Shown here: one piece after another, positions 57,814 through 64,000 of the stretch
Layout of the letters: each line of letters begins with the position of its first letter
Position numbering within the stretch: the first letter of the stretch is position 1
Source: an uncultured Acidimicrobiaceae bacterium
GTDB lineage: Bacteria > Actinomycetota > Acidimicrobiia > Acidimicrobiales > Bog-793
Assembly: GCA_963838845.1 (NCBI GenBank)
Contig: CAWISR010000003.1
Coordinates: forward strand, 384,851-448,850
DNA: 64,000 nucleotides
Direction of reading: 5' to 3'
The notes under the pieces: model-generated
Database searches by the model: none
Told to the model about the DNA's origin: nothing
Seen by the model: the letters and a program-made list of their open reading frames with translations, nothing else
Translations under genes and position numbers: made by a program

Positions 57814-58911
57814 GTGACCGCGCAACGTGAATGGTTCGAAACTGATTACTACAAGGTGCTCGGCGTCAAGCCTGAAGCGACCGAAAAGGACATCACGCGC
57901 GCATATCGCAAACTTGCGAAGCAGTACCACCCTGACGCGCACCCCGGTTCCGAGGATCGCTTCAAGGAGATCTCCGCGGCCTACGACGTGCTGGGTGACG
58001 CGGAGAAGCGCAAGGAGTACGACGAAGTTCGCAGGCTGGGTGCCGCGGGTCCGGGATTTGGACGAGCGGGCGCGGGCGGATTCAACTTCAACATCGACGA
58101 CCTCTCGGATTTGTTTGGCGGGATCTTCCGCTCCGGGAACTCGGGCAGGCGATCGTCGACCGTGTTCGGTCCGCGTCGCGGCGACGACGTCGAAGCCGAG
58201 CTCCACCTGTCGTTCGAAGACGCGATCGAAGGCGTCGTCACGACCGTGAACGTGACGACGAGGGTCGCCTGCCACACCTGCGGGGGGAGCGGGTCGCGTC
58301 CCGGAACAAGCCCGATCGTCTGTCCGCGCTGTGGCGGGTCGGGGGTGATCAACGACAATCAGGGGCTCTTTTCGCTGTCGACCACCTGCCCGGAATGCGG
58401 AGGGCGGGGCACGAAGATCGTCGACCCGTGCCCGACCTGTTTCGGCACGGGCTACGAGCGCCGTGAGCGCAAGGTGAACGTCCGCGTGCCCGCAGGTGTC
58501 GAAGACGGAAAGCGGATCCGTGTGAAAGGGCGCGGCGAGCCCGGCCAAGAGGGCGGGCCGCCCGGCGACCTCTATGTCATCTTGCACGTCGCACCACACC
58601 GTCTCTTTGGTCGACGCGGTCGCAACCTCACGCTGACGGTCCCGGTCACGTACCCGGAGGCCGCGCTCGGAGCGACGATCACCGTGCCGACACTGAACAA
58701 GCCGGTGTCGTTGAAGATCCCGCCGGGCACGAAGAACGGCCAGACGCTGCGCGTGCGCGGCAAGGGCATCCATCAGGGCTCGCAAGTCGGCGACCTCCTC
58801 GTCAGCATCGAGGTCCTCGTGCCGAACGAGCTTTCCGAACAAGAGCGCAAGGCGATCGAGGCACTGCAGAAAGCGACCGCCTCCTCGCCGCGTACCTACC
58901 TAGGGGTCTGA
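57814..58911 (+). CDS. dnaJ: Chaperone DnaJ
   Basis: J domain DYYKVLGV...YHPD, G-rich linker, four CxxCxG zinc-finger repeats. Confidence 0.95.
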   Translation: MTAQREWFETDYYKVLGVKPEATEKDITRAYRKLAKQYHPDAHPGSEDRFKEISAAYDVLGDAEKRKEYDEVRRLGAAGPGFGRAGAGGFNFNIDDLSDLFGGIFRSGNSGRRSSTVFGPRRGDDVEAELHLSFEDAIEGVVTTVNVTTRVACHTCGGSGSRPGTSPIVCPRCGGSGVINDNQGLFSLSTTCPECGGRGTKIVDPCPTCFGTGYERRERKVNVRVPAGVEDGKRIRVKGRGEPGQEGGPPGDLYVILHVAPHRLFGRRGRNLTLTVPVTYPEAALGATITVPTLNKPVSLKIPPGTKNGQTLRVRGKGIHQGSQVGDLLVSIEVLVPNELSEQERKAIEALQKATASSPRTYLGV

Positions 58912-58913
58912 CG

Positions 58914-59314
58914 GTGGCACGTCGCACCGCGCCTCAGAGCGGTCCCCGAGCGCTCTACGTCATCTCGATTGCCGCCGAGCTCGCCGGCGTGCACCCTCAG
59001 ACGTTGCGGATCTACGAGCGCAAGGGTCTGCTCGACCCCGAGCGTACGGGTGGAGGCAGCAGGCGCTACTCCGACGAGGACATCGCGCAGCTGCGTCGAA
59101 TCGGTGCGCTCACCGCGGCGGGGGTGAGTCTCGAGGGCGTCCGGCGCATCCTCGCACTTGAGGAGGAATTGGACGCCTTGAAGGCGGAGCTCGATGCCGT
59201 GCGCGTCGCTGCTGACGAGGCGGTGCGGCGCGCCCACCGCCAGTACCGGCGCGAGATCGTGCCTGTACTCCCTGCCCAGCCGCCCGCGGCTTTCCGCACA
59301 CGCATTCGGAGACC

Positions 59315-59318
<4 letters not shown>
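58914..59318 (+). CDS. hspR: MerR-family heat-shock repressor HspR
   Basis: [43 protein letters not shown]. Confidence 0.9.
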
Positions 59319-61807
<2,489 letters not shown>

Positions 61808-61888
61808 CTGTCGAGAATAGGAAACTCCCCGCGTGAACGTGCCGCGCTCGGAGAGGATCACGATTGATCTTGCGCAATTGGAGGTTCG

Positions 61889-62488
61889 GTGATGGCCGAC
61901 GCGCTGCGGCGTTCAGTTGTTTTTCCCCGCGAAGTGGTGAGCGCGGCCTCGATGCCGCTTGGTGCGGGCATCTTTGCCGAATGTGCCGTTGCAGTTGCCG
62001 GGATCGACGAATCGGATCGCGTCGTTGACGTCGGTTGCGGTCCGGGGACCACGTCGCGCGCTGCGGCGCGGCGCGGCGCGGTGGTGTTCGGTGTCGACCC
62101 GACCCCGATCATGCTCACGTTCGCGCGGTGGTACACCAAGGAACCACTACGCGCCCGAATCACGTGGCTCGAAGGTCTCGCCGAGGCGATCCCGCTCGGT
62201 GACGGCGAGGCGACGGCGGTGATCGCGACCCGCGCCGCTCATCACTTCGATGACCCGAGCGCGGCTTTCGAAGAGATGCGACGCGTGCTTTCCGCGGGTG
62301 GGCGGGTCGTGATCGTCGAACGAGCGGTTCGTTCAAGGACCCGCGGCCGACGCGGCCATGGATTCACCCCGGAATTCGCGAGCAACATGGCGGCCGAGCT
62401 CGAAGCGTCCGGTTTCGATCAAGTGGAGGTGGAAACACGACCTTCGCGTCGGAGCGCGCTTGTCGTTCTGAGCGCTGTTCGGATGTGA
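61889..62488 (+). CDS. Class I SAM-dependent methyltransferase
   Basis: VVDVGCGPGTTS motif I, then LSAGGRVVIVE. Confidence 0.8.
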   Translation: MMADALRRSVVFPREVVSAASMPLGAGIFAECAVAVAGIDESDRVVDVGCGPGTTSRAAARRGAVVFGVDPTPIMLTFARWYTKEPLRARITWLEGLAEAIPLGDGEATAVIATRAAHHFDDPSAAFEEMRRVLSAGGRVVIVERAVRSRTRGRRGHGFTPEFASNMAAELEASGFDQVEVETRPSRRSALVVLSAVRM

Positions 62489-62528
62489 CCGATCACGACC
62501 ACGACGATCAGCGCGCCGCGATGGCCGG

Positions 62529-64000
<1,472 letters not shown>

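Overview
High-GC (~65%) chromosomal replication-origin neighbourhood with clear actinobacterial synteny. The gene order matches Mycobacterium Rv0001-0006, Rv0046c-0058 and Rv3907c-3924c. Minus strand: dnaA-dnaN-recF-dciA-gyrB-gyrA-tRNA-Ile. Plus strand: rpmH-rnpA-yidD-yidC-jag-rsmG, then parA-parB. Also present: trxB-trxA-cwlM, murJ, cca, ino1/PadR, panB, rpsF-ssb-rpsR-rplI-dnaB, a two-component pair, a cbs/cystathionine-lyase operon, a GGDEF-EAL protein, MarR, tRNA-Gly, dcd, gpmA, dnaK-grpE-dnaJ-hspR-clpB and purA (3' partial). I found no CRISPR array, transposase, integrase, prophage, recognisable defence island or biosynthetic cluster, so most of the window is ordinary core genome. Points worth a second look: (1) a translationally coupled type IV pilin-like module at 1-3209 (Ig-like repeat protein, PilX_N/IPT-TIG protein, pilin), followed by decayed permease fragments. 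(2) A degenerate LAGLIDADG-like ORF between rsmG and parA, next to a parS-like site and a 15-bp tandem repeat. (3) Three housekeeping genes (rpsF, recF, rsmG) whose conserved N-termini can only start at CTG. (4) Single-nucleotide frameshifts in four essential genes (gyrA, gyrB, trxB, dnaB), plus an apparent yidC-jag read-through. These are most likely assembly indels and affect how far other oddities can be trusted. Family names are from motif recognition by eye; no searches were run.
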